Part shown: positions 1 through 11,054 of the stretch, in pieces | How the letters are laid out: each line of letters begins with the position of its first letter | How positions within the stretch are numbered: position 1 is the stretch's first letter | NCBI GenBank assembly: GCA_028534125.1 | Contig: CM052817.1 | Span: 93,312,001 to 93,376,000 of the forward strand | Direction: 5' to 3' | Length of the DNA stretch: 64,000 nt | Origin: Lama glama | Lineage: Eukaryota | Made by a program: the position numbers and the translations under genes | Notes under the pieces: generated by a model | What the model saw: the letters and a program-made list of their open reading frames with translations, nothing else | What the model was told of the DNA's origin: nothing | Database searches by the model: none

Positions 1-416
1 CTGGGCCCAGTAATACGTTACTATTTTTCCTGCTTTTAGCAAATGCTAAGATCATAAACTTCAAAATTGATACTGAAGTACAAACGCATTTTTAGTGATG
101 CTCTAATGAGGCTAACATCTCCCTGAATGTAGCCTAAAGTTTTTGCTGTTTACACTAAAGCTGCATGGCTGAGATTCCCCTTGCAGAACAGAGAGAGTCT
201 TTTTTTAACGCATCATTACGATTAAATGATTTAATGATGACTAAAATATAAACACCAAATATTGCTTATAGACTAATAAGAGTCTTTAAAGAAGGTAAAA
301 ACCAAAATAAAATGGTAGCCATCTGAAGATGAGTGATTGCATTTCATGCCATTTTAATAACTTAATACTGCTTCCAATTATTGGTTATCTTCTGGAGAAA
401 AAGTGATGGTGGCATT

Positions 417-797
417 CAGTTGTGTGCTGGTAAGTGTTTAACAACTGTTTTTCCAGGAGTTAAAAGGATGGGTTGGTAGCATTTGGCAACCTCTGTGGTG
501 TAACGTCCACTGTGGTCAATTTCAAGCTACCAGTGGGATGTGGAGTCAGGCACAGTTAGCACACTCTAATTTGTGCAGATGCAATTGACATACATAACCT
601 CAAGAGCACAGATGAATAGTAAAATGTAGTAAAATAATTAGGAACTGGTAAGTTTTGAGTATTACCTTTGTTTTTAATAAAATTTAATCAGTTGGGTCTT
701 ATAATTTAATATTTAATAATTGTGCTTAACAAATGGCTTACAGAATTTAATGATCAACTATCATGAGTCAGCATAAGCCAGTTCCAGCACACCACTG
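417..797 (-). mobile_element. MER63-like hAT DNA transposon
   Basis: Terminal inverted repeats cagttgtgtgctgg (417) and ccagcacaccactg (ending 797); both ends resemble MER63. Confidence 0.65.
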
Positions 798-3310
798 TTA
801 GCCTCTTTTCTCAGCATTTATCAAACTTTATATAGGGAGGGACTTGGTTTTCTAGGGAAGAAAAGTATTACTCTATACAAATCTTTTCTTTTCCACTGTC
901 TTATTCTGTGCAAAACACCATACTTAGCTGAGGGGAAAAAGAGAAGTTCCCTCCATCCAGACACTAGATTTAAGACTTCACAGTTCTCCAGAAGAGGAGG
1001 TGTTAGTCTTAGAAAGTAAGGACTGGAGGTTAGTTACAGGGATCCTGCTCAATCCGGGCAGTTGGTCACTTTAGTACAACTTGTTAGCATGATCAGATGG
1101 TTACTCCGACTCACTGGATTATTGGAATGACCAAACTATTGACATCAGAGAATTGTTTTGGCAGAGTACAGACAAAACTGAAGGTGATATTTCTAAGAAA
1201 GAAACAGCTGCATAAGAAATAAATGAAAGGGTGCATCTAAGTGTGGGTTTGCTTCAATAAAATACTTCAAATTTTTACTTTTAACTGTTTTGCAGAATAT
1301 TTTCAGGCTCTGGGTCTTTTGTCGCTGGGTCAAACATAATCAGCATACCACCTTATCTTGTTTTTAAATGTTTTCTGTAGGACTCTAAATAACTAATACA
1401 GAATTGCTATCTATATTTGATGATATCAGAGGGTAAACATGTTTTTGAGCAGAAAAAAAATTCTGTTGTTTGGAAATATTATTTCCTTAGTTCAGTTTCT
1501 GGCTCAACATGATCTTTTAAAATTGAATGACTGGTGCATCTTTCAAATGAAAATGGAAATAGAAAAGCATGACTGAGGCTGTGTTTGTACAAAAGAGATT
1601 GAAAACTTTTCGTGTAACATTTTCTCTTCAACTTAGAAAGAAACTTAAGTTTTCCAAGGATACTTGGAGAATCTCTCAGGAAAGGAGTATTACTGTTGTC
1701 AATATGAAATAACAATGTTCTTGATGAAATCCACTTTTAGAAGTAGCACAAATACAGGCTTCCTATAGGGAAATGCAGATGACTATGCTAATAATAAATA
1801 AGAACTGATATGCATTTGGCTTACAGTAAGCTCAACTCTTTGAGAACGTCTATGTTAGCATTTAATGAAAAAGAAAAAAAATTTTTTGAAATGTCTTCCC
1901 CAAACAGAAAACCCTACTGTTGGCTTTCTAGTTAATAAATATTTTTCCCATATTTGAATCGAGGTTTCATTTTTAGAAATACAAACAAAAGCTATTGTTT
2001 ATAAGAATATTTACAGGATGATAATCACTTAAGGTAGCTTGGAGTTCAGAGTACCATTTCATATACTGAATAGGGTTTCACAGTTGTTCAAGGAAACCTT
2101 TGTCACCCTAACCTCTTTACCTTAAATCCAGAGGGATAATGAAAATAACCACAAATCCTACCATTTTCAAATGAAATTGAACAATTCAAAGGTTATGTTT
2201 AATCAGTAAAATGGAGAATGAGGTATAAAGGAGAATACCAAGATAATCTGTCTATGAATAAATCCACAGCACACAGCATCTTTTTGTTAAAAAGGCTGTA
2301 AATAGTTGTTAACTACCTCATGTACAATCCCCTGAAGTCCTTAACTAAAAGAATAGATTGACAATTCTGTTATTAAAAGCCCCAAAGGGTTAGCTAAAAT
2401 TACAGTAATTTGAAAAACCCAGTGTGAGCCTAGAGATCTGTTTGGAATCCTAATTTCAACAGGCGTCTTGTCCAAAGAGCTATCACATCAGCGACGGAAA
2501 GCCCCTAAGGTCACCCACTGAATGTGGTCATAATTAAAAGATGTCTGTGTAACAGGTTTTTGGCATTTCCATGGAGGATTTATGCTCTGGATGGCATGCT
2601 CCTCAGATGAGGAAGGAAAAAGAATATATTCTTAAAATTTGGAGAAAATAAATTTCATTTGTTCAGACTGTTGTACTCTAAGCTTCAATTCCAGCAATAA
2701 ACACCAGTTTCTATTTAACTAGCATTTTCCCCCAATTTCTGTGTCTATTTAGTGTGGCAACTTAGAGAAGACAGAAGCCACAGGCTAAGAAGGTAAGAAG
2801 AGATTGTGTTTATAGTTCTAAAACCATCTAGCTGGGTGATTGGGGGTAGATCTTCTTTATGCTTTAATTTAGGCATTTATAATGGTGTTACACTTGATCT
2901 CTAAAAGTAACTTCTAATTTGGATTTTTGGAAAACTTCTGGTGTTATTTTACAGAGGAAGGACAAATTTGACATTCAGGTTAAGAGAAATAATTGTTTTG
3001 GTTTTTCACTAGTTATGGTTGCATATGTTTTAAAAGGCTTATTCACATATGCTAATCTATGCATATTTAGAGCATCTGTATTTCTGTACCAACATGACTG
3101 CTAGAAAACACCTCAAAGATACCTTACGGTCTTTCTTGAACTTGACCGCATAAAGTTCAGGCTTATGGGTCCATCCAACCCAAGTCAGAGTTTTGAAAAG
3201 ACACCATGTTTCCAGAAAGTATTTTTACAACTTTACTAATAACACTGTCCATCTGCCTGGTAAGGAGGACTAGTCACACCGTGACTGGATAACAAAAGTC
3301 TTTACAAGCA

Positions 3311-3396
3311 GGGGGAGGGTACAGCTCAGTGGTAGAGCACATGCTTAGCATGCACGAGGTCCTGGGTTCAATCCCCAGTACCTCCATTTAAAAAAA
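3311..3396 (+). mobile_element. tRNA-Ala-derived SINE (camelid vic-1-like), young copy
   Basis: A box agctcagtgg, B box ggttcaatcc, ttAGCat anticodon-like loop and poly(A). Perfect 17-bp TSD aaaagtctttacaagca at 3294-3310 and 3397-3413. Confidence 0.9.
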
Positions 3397-3947
3397 AAAA
3401 GTCTTTACAAGCACACACAAATTGCTTCTGTAGTCAAGATAATGAGTTAACTTTCCCTAATTTCAAGTCACTAGAAAAATATTTTTTAAAGTCCACCCAA
3501 GGGCTCTCAGGTTTTGTGTGAGAAAGGCCATGAAGTTATATTTCAAAGCCTTCCCCACCTTGACACACATGTATCGTCACTTTGGAGTGGAGAGGGCCAT
3601 TCTCTGAAGCACCTCCAGTTGCCTGGTAGCAACCTAGGTCTTCTCTAAACACCTTTCATTAAAATACTCCATGAAACAACATGCTCCCTTTCTGAGCTGA
3701 TCTCAACCAGCGAGAATCAATCCGAGGAAGCTTAGAACTAGAATACACAGTAGTATTTCAGATTTGTTTAATGGATTTCTTTCCGAGTAATATGCTGATG
3801 GATGACTAATGCAGACAATTCCTAGATTTGGGCATACATCTTTGATCACCTCCCTCCACAAATGCATGAAAATGAAAACATAAGGAAAGGTGGCGATTAT
3901 CCAACGGGAACTTATTTGTGTTCCTGTTAGTTTACGTGTTGGTAAAC

Positions 3948-4080
3948 TTAGGTGTCGGCTTTTCCATAAGTCCCCTCTGGAGGTCTGTAGTACTTGGGGA
4001 AAGCCATCAGCTGGAGCATGTTGAAAGCATACTTCCTGCATTTGATATTCTTCACGACATTTTCTATGCGGCATCCTTCT
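3948..4080 (-). CDS. INPP4B: INPP4B alpha-isoform terminal exon, coding part: [44 protein letters not shown]
   Basis: Acceptor ccctttcaccag|A; phase 2; TAA at 3948-3950. This is the canonical INPP4B C-terminus. Confidence 0.96.
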
Positions 4081-4134
4081 CTGGTGAAAGGGGAAAAAGG
4101 ACAACTTCATGAAACACAGAATAAATAAATATGC

Positions 4135-4140
4135 TTTATT
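4135..4140 (-). terminator. Candidate polyadenylation signal (AATAAA) for the beta-exon transcript
   Basis: Minus strand AATAAA followed by U/GU-rich atttatttattctgtgtttc, about 55 nt upstream of the alpha acceptor. Confidence 0.5.
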
Positions 4141-5332
4141 TGTTCAATGCAGAGTTGCAGCAACAGTCCGAGTAAAAATAACAAAGATTCAACTCTACAT
4201 TTTTTTTTTTCACAAATGATGATACATCTTACAAAATTAAATCCTAGGCCAGGCCCAACACCATTATTGCCCTCGGAAAAAACGATGATTCAAGTCCCTT
4301 GGCTCTTAACATATATTTAAGGTTTCATAAACTCTTTAAATATAATTTGCTCCACAATACAGCTTCATTTTTACTTTCATAAATATATCCACCTTTTTAT
4401 AACTTTTCCATAAATTAATTTCTCCATCTCTTTAAAACACATTAAAATCTACATGTAGCCCTAAGGATGTGGGTTCTAGGAATAAGGCATTTAATTTATT
4501 AAGTCTGGCCCTATAGATTTTTTAAAGAAAAGTTTCATCTCTATTTGACTTCATCATATTTTAGCTGTGCAGCAAAGAGGAAAATGGCTTTCGGGACAGC
4601 CTGGTCCAAGTCTCAGCTTTCAAGAAGCGAGCTTGTGCGCAGACAGTACACGAGTCACAGGGGCTGAAAACGGGGCATCAAGACACAAAGGAGACTTTGT
4701 TAGAAAGAATAGAAAAGGACTCTGAAAGCCAAATCAACCCAAACCATAGTTACAAACAGGTTAATTTAATTACAAAACAGAAATAGCCATTCTCTCCAGA
4801 AAGTTACTTGACAGAAAAGGGTTAATCGCAGCAAAGAAATCACAGACCAGGTTAAGAACTCAAACAGAAGGTTCCATCAGCTGACGGCAACAATGAGACC
4901 AGCACAGCGGAAATCAAGTCTGGAACCTCTCACATCTCTAGGACTTGTCTCAGGGTTTCCGTGTGTTGTGCAAATTCAGTCAATTTCTTTGATAAATGTA
5001 ATGGGAAGAGGAACTGGAGGTGCAGAACTTCAAGCTTTCAGGATTCTGCTCTTTGTCTTATTCCAAAGACAGGAATTTAAAAATTCTTCTTGAGTTAAAC
5101 AGTGGGAAACACTTCTCCATGAACAAAAGAGCAAAGTAATTTCACTGAATGCATAGTACTTCTATTTTTTTTAGATTTTAGGAAAAACAAACAAAACACT
5201 TACAAGTCAAACATTTGTGTGTGTGGGTGTGTGTGTTTTAAATTCTGTGAATCTGAAAATGTAGAAATTACAGCAGTGTCCTCATGATTGTCCATTGTCA
5301 TTTATAGAAAAGAAAGGAATACAACATAGAAC

Positions 5333-5507
5333 TTATTGGTATTTGGCTAAAAGTAATGCCAGACTTAAAATAAGCCACACGACTAGCAGGTGTGAGCTGA
5401 CAAGCAGCAAGGCGACGGGATAGAAGTGTCGAGAAGTTGGCTTGTTATCACTTAGACAGCCTGTTTCAGGATCATCAGATTCATTCAGTGCTCCCTGGGT
5501 TTGTCTG
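5333..5507 (-). CDS. INPP4B: INPP4B beta-isoform terminal exon, coding part: [58 protein letters not shown]
   Basis: Branch-like ccctaac, then a pyrimidine tract, then aacag|C; phase 2; 57 codons to TAA at 5333-5335. The hydrophobic C-terminus matches the type II beta isoform as I recall it. Confidence 0.88.
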
Positions 5508-6418
5508 CTGTTAAACAGGGAAGGGGGGGTGGGGAGTTAGGGGAGAAAAGAAAATAGTACAGCATTCACACAGTAAAGAAATGCAACTGTAAATATCCTG
5601 AAATATAACACATTATCTTCTATAATACAGAGGTTTCTGAGGAAGTTTTTATGCTAACTACCCCCAAATGCATCCTGTGTATTTTTTTTCCTCACTGTGA
5701 TACATCGACAAATGTAGCAGAAAAAGATTCCTTTTGCTTTTAGAGCAAAAAGGAAGAGACGCGATGATGCCATTCACGTGGGTTGAATGTGTATGCACCA
5801 GCAAGACTCGAGTAAGCATCACAGCATCAATAGGCAAGATGCACGAATAAAACTAAAATATGGATCAGTCCATAAAAATAACCTGATAAAGACATCTTTG
5901 GAAAATGAAATGAGAAACACAGTATGTAGTGAAGGACGTGGACATGTCTGGCACATTTAAACTCCCCGTCTATTATTACTGTGGCTATTTAATGTATTTA
6001 AAGTTATAAAAGTGATTTATGGAAATGGCTTGGTATTTAAAATGAATGAAACACCTGACATGTCATCCTTGCCAGCCATAAGATTAGTTTAACAAAACCC
6101 GACTCAGCACCCTTCCGTCAGTTTGGCTCGTAAGTTATGTTGTCTCCTGCTCGTCTTACTGAGATGAGGCCAAATCTATCTCCTACGGACTCTCAATCTG
6201 AAAAGAAATCCATATTTGCAGAGTGACACAGTGAAAAATAAAAAGATTCTAAATTTCCAGGTTTTGTGTTTTCTTTGTAAATGAAAAATGGGCATTTGTA
6301 ATTGGACTTACAAGCAGCTCCAACTACAGCACATCTGAAATACATCATGCTGATGTAAGTCAAAAATAAAAATTCTTTTCTATGGCATATTTCATCAGTA
6401 TTCAGAGAATTCAGAAAT

Positions 6419-6506
6419 TCAGTTGTCGAGGCGTTTTTGATCTCTGTTAGCTCCACCAGGTTTTGAGGGAGAAGACTGGGCTGTTCTTCTGTCTATGAAC
6501 AGCGCC
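6419..6506 (-). CDS. INPP4B: Candidate third alternative terminal exon of INPP4B: RALFIDRRTAQSSPSKPGGANRDQKRLDN*
   Basis: ctttgcag|G acceptor; open for 28 codons after the split codon in the same phase 2 as alpha and beta. The upstream tract is hidden by the N gap. Confidence 0.4.
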
Positions 6507-6517
6507 CTGCAAAGTTA

Positions 6518-7017
6518 NNNNNNNNNNNNNNNNNNNNNNNNNNNNNNNNNNNNNNNNNNNNNNNNNNNNNNNNNNNNNNNNNNNNNNNNNNNNNNNNNNN
6601 NNNNNNNNNNNNNNNNNNNNNNNNNNNNNNNNNNNNNNNNNNNNNNNNNNNNNNNNNNNNNNNNNNNNNNNNNNNNNNNNNNNNNNNNNNNNNNNNNNNN
6701 NNNNNNNNNNNNNNNNNNNNNNNNNNNNNNNNNNNNNNNNNNNNNNNNNNNNNNNNNNNNNNNNNNNNNNNNNNNNNNNNNNNNNNNNNNNNNNNNNNNN
6801 NNNNNNNNNNNNNNNNNNNNNNNNNNNNNNNNNNNNNNNNNNNNNNNNNNNNNNNNNNNNNNNNNNNNNNNNNNNNNNNNNNNNNNNNNNNNNNNNNNNN
6901 NNNNNNNNNNNNNNNNNNNNNNNNNNNNNNNNNNNNNNNNNNNNNNNNNNNNNNNNNNNNNNNNNNNNNNNNNNNNNNNNNNNNNNNNNNNNNNNNNNNN
7001 NNNNNNNNNNNNNNNNN
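6518..7017. other. Assembly gap (500 N)
   Basis: Run of exactly 500 N. Confidence 0.99.
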
Positions 7018-7669
7018 TTCTCTCCAGACCATGAAGGATGCCAGCCTCTGTACTAGTGCTCTTCTGCCACCTTCTCCAATCAAAACTGCATCAGTGCATA
7101 ATCACCGACCTTGTGCTTTCTTTAAGCATTTCCCAGGCTTAAAACTTAAAATTGTCTTGTCTCTCTATAAAAGAAGGCTATGCAAATGCCTTTCACTACG
7201 TATCTCTATCCAAATATCTCCATTCAAATCTATCTGTCCCTCAAAGCCTTGTGAAGGCTCATGTGTGCTATGAAACCTCCCTGATGAATGTTCTCCCATC
7301 TGTGAACCACCTTCTTTCCCCCACGAATCCTGTCCCTTCTACATCTTTGCTTACTGCACAAGTTGAACTGCAGTGTAACATTTGTTGACCTGTCTTCCTT
7401 ACTGGACGGTAAATTCTTCCAGGACAGGGATCATAGCCATTCTTCTTGTTACGCTGCCTGCTCCCTGCGTCCCACAGCTTGGCAGATTAGTGCCTGGTGC
7501 AGATTCATATTCAAAAACTTTACTGAGTTAAACTTGGAGGACAGGAACACAGACACAGGAAAATCTACAGGAGAGTTACCCTAAACTCTGAAATACACTC
7601 TTCTAACTTTTTTAGACATTATCATCAACTGGTACTTTAAAATCATCATCCTTGCTGGAGTAATATTAG

Positions 7670-8048
7670 TGTTATGAACTGAACGTGTGTGTCCACCCCA
7701 AAGATCATATGTTGAAGCCCTAACCCCCAGTGTGGCTGTGTTTGGAGATGGACCCTCTAAAGAAGTAATTAAGATTAAATGGGGTCAGGAGGGTGGGGCC
7801 CTGATCTAGGAGGATTAGTGTCCTTGTGAAAAGAGACATCAGAGAGCTGGTTCTCTCTCTCCACACACAAAAAAGAGGTCCTGTGCGCACACAGCAAGGA
7901 AGTGGAAGATAGTTCTCACCAGAAACCACATTGACTAGAACCTTGATCTTGGACTTCTTAGCCTTTTGGACTCTGAGAAGTAACTTTCTGTTGTGTAAGC
8001 CACCCAATCTGTGGTATTTTGTTATGGCAGCCCAGGTAGACTGATTAC
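7670..8048 (+). mobile_element. MLT1 (ERVL-MaLR) solo LTR
   Basis: Starts tgttatgaactgaa...atatgttgaagccctaaccccc and ends taagccacccaatctgtggtattttgttatggcagccc, typical of MLT1A/B. Confidence 0.85.
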
Positions 8049-9767
8049 TACTTACTTATTTTAAAATGGATATACACTACATATGTTTTGGCTATGGGTA
8101 CATATGTGATAATATTTTACACATGGATTACATAGCAGGAGCATACCTAACATGTGAATGTTGCCAGGAAAAGCTCAAAATTCAGAATCAGAAATATGAA
8201 GCTCAGAGAACAAAGAAGTGATTTACTCAGATCAATAGTTGATAGACATCCGAGCACAGCCTTCCTGCTTCCCTTTGCATTTCTCTCTCTGCTGCCATTG
8301 AGTCTCCTTTTCAAGTCTGATGTGTCTTATGCAGCACACAGGTATGAAAAAACACATTTTAATATGCAAGACAGATGAGAGAAAAGGGAAGGCTGTAGTA
8401 AATTAACCTAATCTGGGAAATACAATGCTAACTGTTCCTTCAAAAGTCTGTGAATGAAGAGCCTCACGTCTGTCTCAAGACCACACTGACAGGCCTTGAC
8501 TTACTAATTCAGAATCAAAACTCTCTGTACTCTCGTATAGTAAAGAAGAGATAATTAATTTAGAGTGCTGCTTCTTCCCCCTAAATCATGTAATTTCTGC
8601 TCATAAATACCCTTCACCACACCCAGCGAACTTGCTGTGAGACAACACATAGAAGTGACTGGAATACACTCTGATCTCACACAATGACTTGCGAAAGTGC
8701 TCAATTATTAAAGAAAACTCTTTGTACAACAGTGAATAAAATTATATTCTGATTTATGCATACCATAAGAAAAGCCATGAGTAGCTTCTACACAGTTTGA
8801 GACTAAATGTGCAACACAAAGCTGGCATGTGAATGTGTAACTGGCAGGTCAGAATGATGAAAAACCTATGCTGTCCTGGAATCTTTTGGATAAAAGGGGG
8901 AAAAGGAGAAGTAATAGCTACAAACAGGCACCTTGACCAGCATCGAAATTCAAAAGGACTATAAACACAATGGTATTTTACTTGAGCAAAAAACATTAGT
9001 AAAGGGTTAAAATGTATTTATCAAGTTATGGCAAAGAATATTCCAGCAACCTATGGGGAACGGAGATATTAAGAGAGTGAATTATAGCCAAGAAAGCATT
9101 TTAAATTCTCACTGAAAGTCTTGCTTCTGGGGGAACTTTTCCAACCAGGCTTTACAGCCAGATGGTAACTTCTTTCTCTAAAATCTTTTAAAAATGTGTT
9201 CTGTGAACCTTAACTCTCACCCACATTTTTGATAATCTGTACATGTGAACTGTGTAAGATGCAAAAGTAATTCCTTTGTGGGCTCGAAGTGTTTGTGACA
9301 GTCAGTCATGGAATCACATATAATTTTCTGTTGTCTGAGCAATTATTATAGATGTGTTAACATCTCCCAGTAACGACTATCTTAGTAAATAAAAGAAAAA
9401 ATAGACTCTATTTTAGGTCCAGAAAATTTTGACACAATGTCGAAATACATATGAGCATTAAGAAATTCTAAAATTTGATATACACACCCAGGTATTTGGA
9501 AACACGGAGAAAGTTAATCCATGTGAATATTTCGGTATTGACACCAATATTTTTGTTATTTTGCCACTCTGAAATTTGACGTGGGCCAGGAATCCTTAAA
9601 TATAAATATTTCTCCTTGCTATATCAAATAATTTGGTACTGATGAAAAGGAAAGTGCTACCTATGAACCTATTGAAGTTCTACGGAGAGGAACACGTGGA
9701 ATTACTCAACATACCTGTAACAATTGAAAAGAAAAATTCAAGTACCGATCTTACGCTTGAAGCTTAC

Positions 9768-9908
9768 CTCTCAGCAAGGGTTTGCTGTTCATTGATTCCA
9801 ACGTTAAAAAGTACTGGGCACACATGAAGCAACTGCCCTTCTTTAATCTGTAGAGGCAGAATCTCAAACATTCTCGCTGGAAGCTTTACCTCTACCACGT
9901 AATGTTCA
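9768..9908 (-). CDS. INPP4B: INPP4B internal exon (141 nt): [47 protein letters not shown]
   Basis: Acceptor cttcctttag|T, donor GAG|gtaagc; phase 2/2. Confidence 0.95.
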
Positions 9909-11054
9909 CTAAAGGAAGTGGAGGACACAGAGAAGAAGCACTGCTCATTTCATTCCCTTTTATGGTCCTTTAGATTCATTAGAAAGAAATAATAAAACAG
10001 TTCGAATACAGCACGGATTTGGATTTCTGGCTGCTATTGGCTTACGTCCTGTTATTAATTCATTTGATAATCATTTAATTCACTTCACTATTACTTGGCA
10101 GAAAGAACTGTTTACACTTGTTTTCTCTCCATGACTCTGAGCTTTCCTAGGAAAGGAAGAATTTACTGCATCTTTGTACACCAGGGCCATGTGCATAAGA
10201 GCATCAATATTTATTTCCTTGATGTAATTATTTCTAAAACCCGGTTTCAGTGATAAGAAAAGCAATTTAATGACGGATTTTTCAATAGAGTGAAACCAAT
10301 GAACCCAATCACTTAGAACATTTTGTAGCCTGGCTTGATTTCTAGTCCTGAGGAACCTCCCGGTTTGGGATGGCCCGATGGAAGTGTAATGGTTTCATTT
10401 AAGGTCTGACCTTTGGGGGTTCCTGATCATTTTGCAACATTAACATATCATGGGGACGTTTTTCACTGGAAATTTCCTTTAAAAATTACCCCGAATATTT
10501 ACTGTTGAAAATTTAAATTAGGATTCACAAAATAAGGTCAAATAGCTGCTTGTATATTTTGAAACTTGGTAACTTCTGAGCCGGTGTGAACTGAGTATAG
10601 AAATGCAGAGTTTAACCCATAATGTAGGAAAACCCGTATGTTTCCAGAACTATATATAGAGTGTTGGTGTTGTAATCCATGTGTGGGGAAAGGAGCTCAG
10701 GACACTTGGTGAGTCTCTGTGAAAATCTTTTTAGTTTCTCCTAGTATAACACTGACACATACACTGGATCCTTGGCTATGAGACTTGTTTCTTACTTTGA
10801 ACTAGAGAACCAGGAAATATCATCAATCCATCAAGTAGGGATGTTAGCACTACCCTCAGATGGATGCATACTTTATTTTTCTTTTTAAAATTGCTCTCAG
10901 TGCCCTTCACAATAGTCTGGCTAATAGAAGGCTGATGTTTATTTATTTCAAGTTTTTCAGGAATATGAGAAAATTCAATGAGTCAGTCTGTATTTAAAGG
11001 TTGCTTTGAAGGTGAAACATTATCTACTTTCTTTATGATAACTTCTTGTCATCT

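Noticed and set aside
3311..3386. Functional tRNA-Ala gene
   Set aside because: It has a poly(A) tail, a TSD and a second diverged copy in the window, so it is a SINE.
6193..6456. 87-aa minus-strand ORF as a separate gene
   Set aside because: Starts at GTG, has no recognisable homology, and is in a different frame from the splice-compatible candidate.
6493..7083. Long ORFs spanning N runs (also 41301-41918)
   Set aside because: Artefacts of translating N as X.
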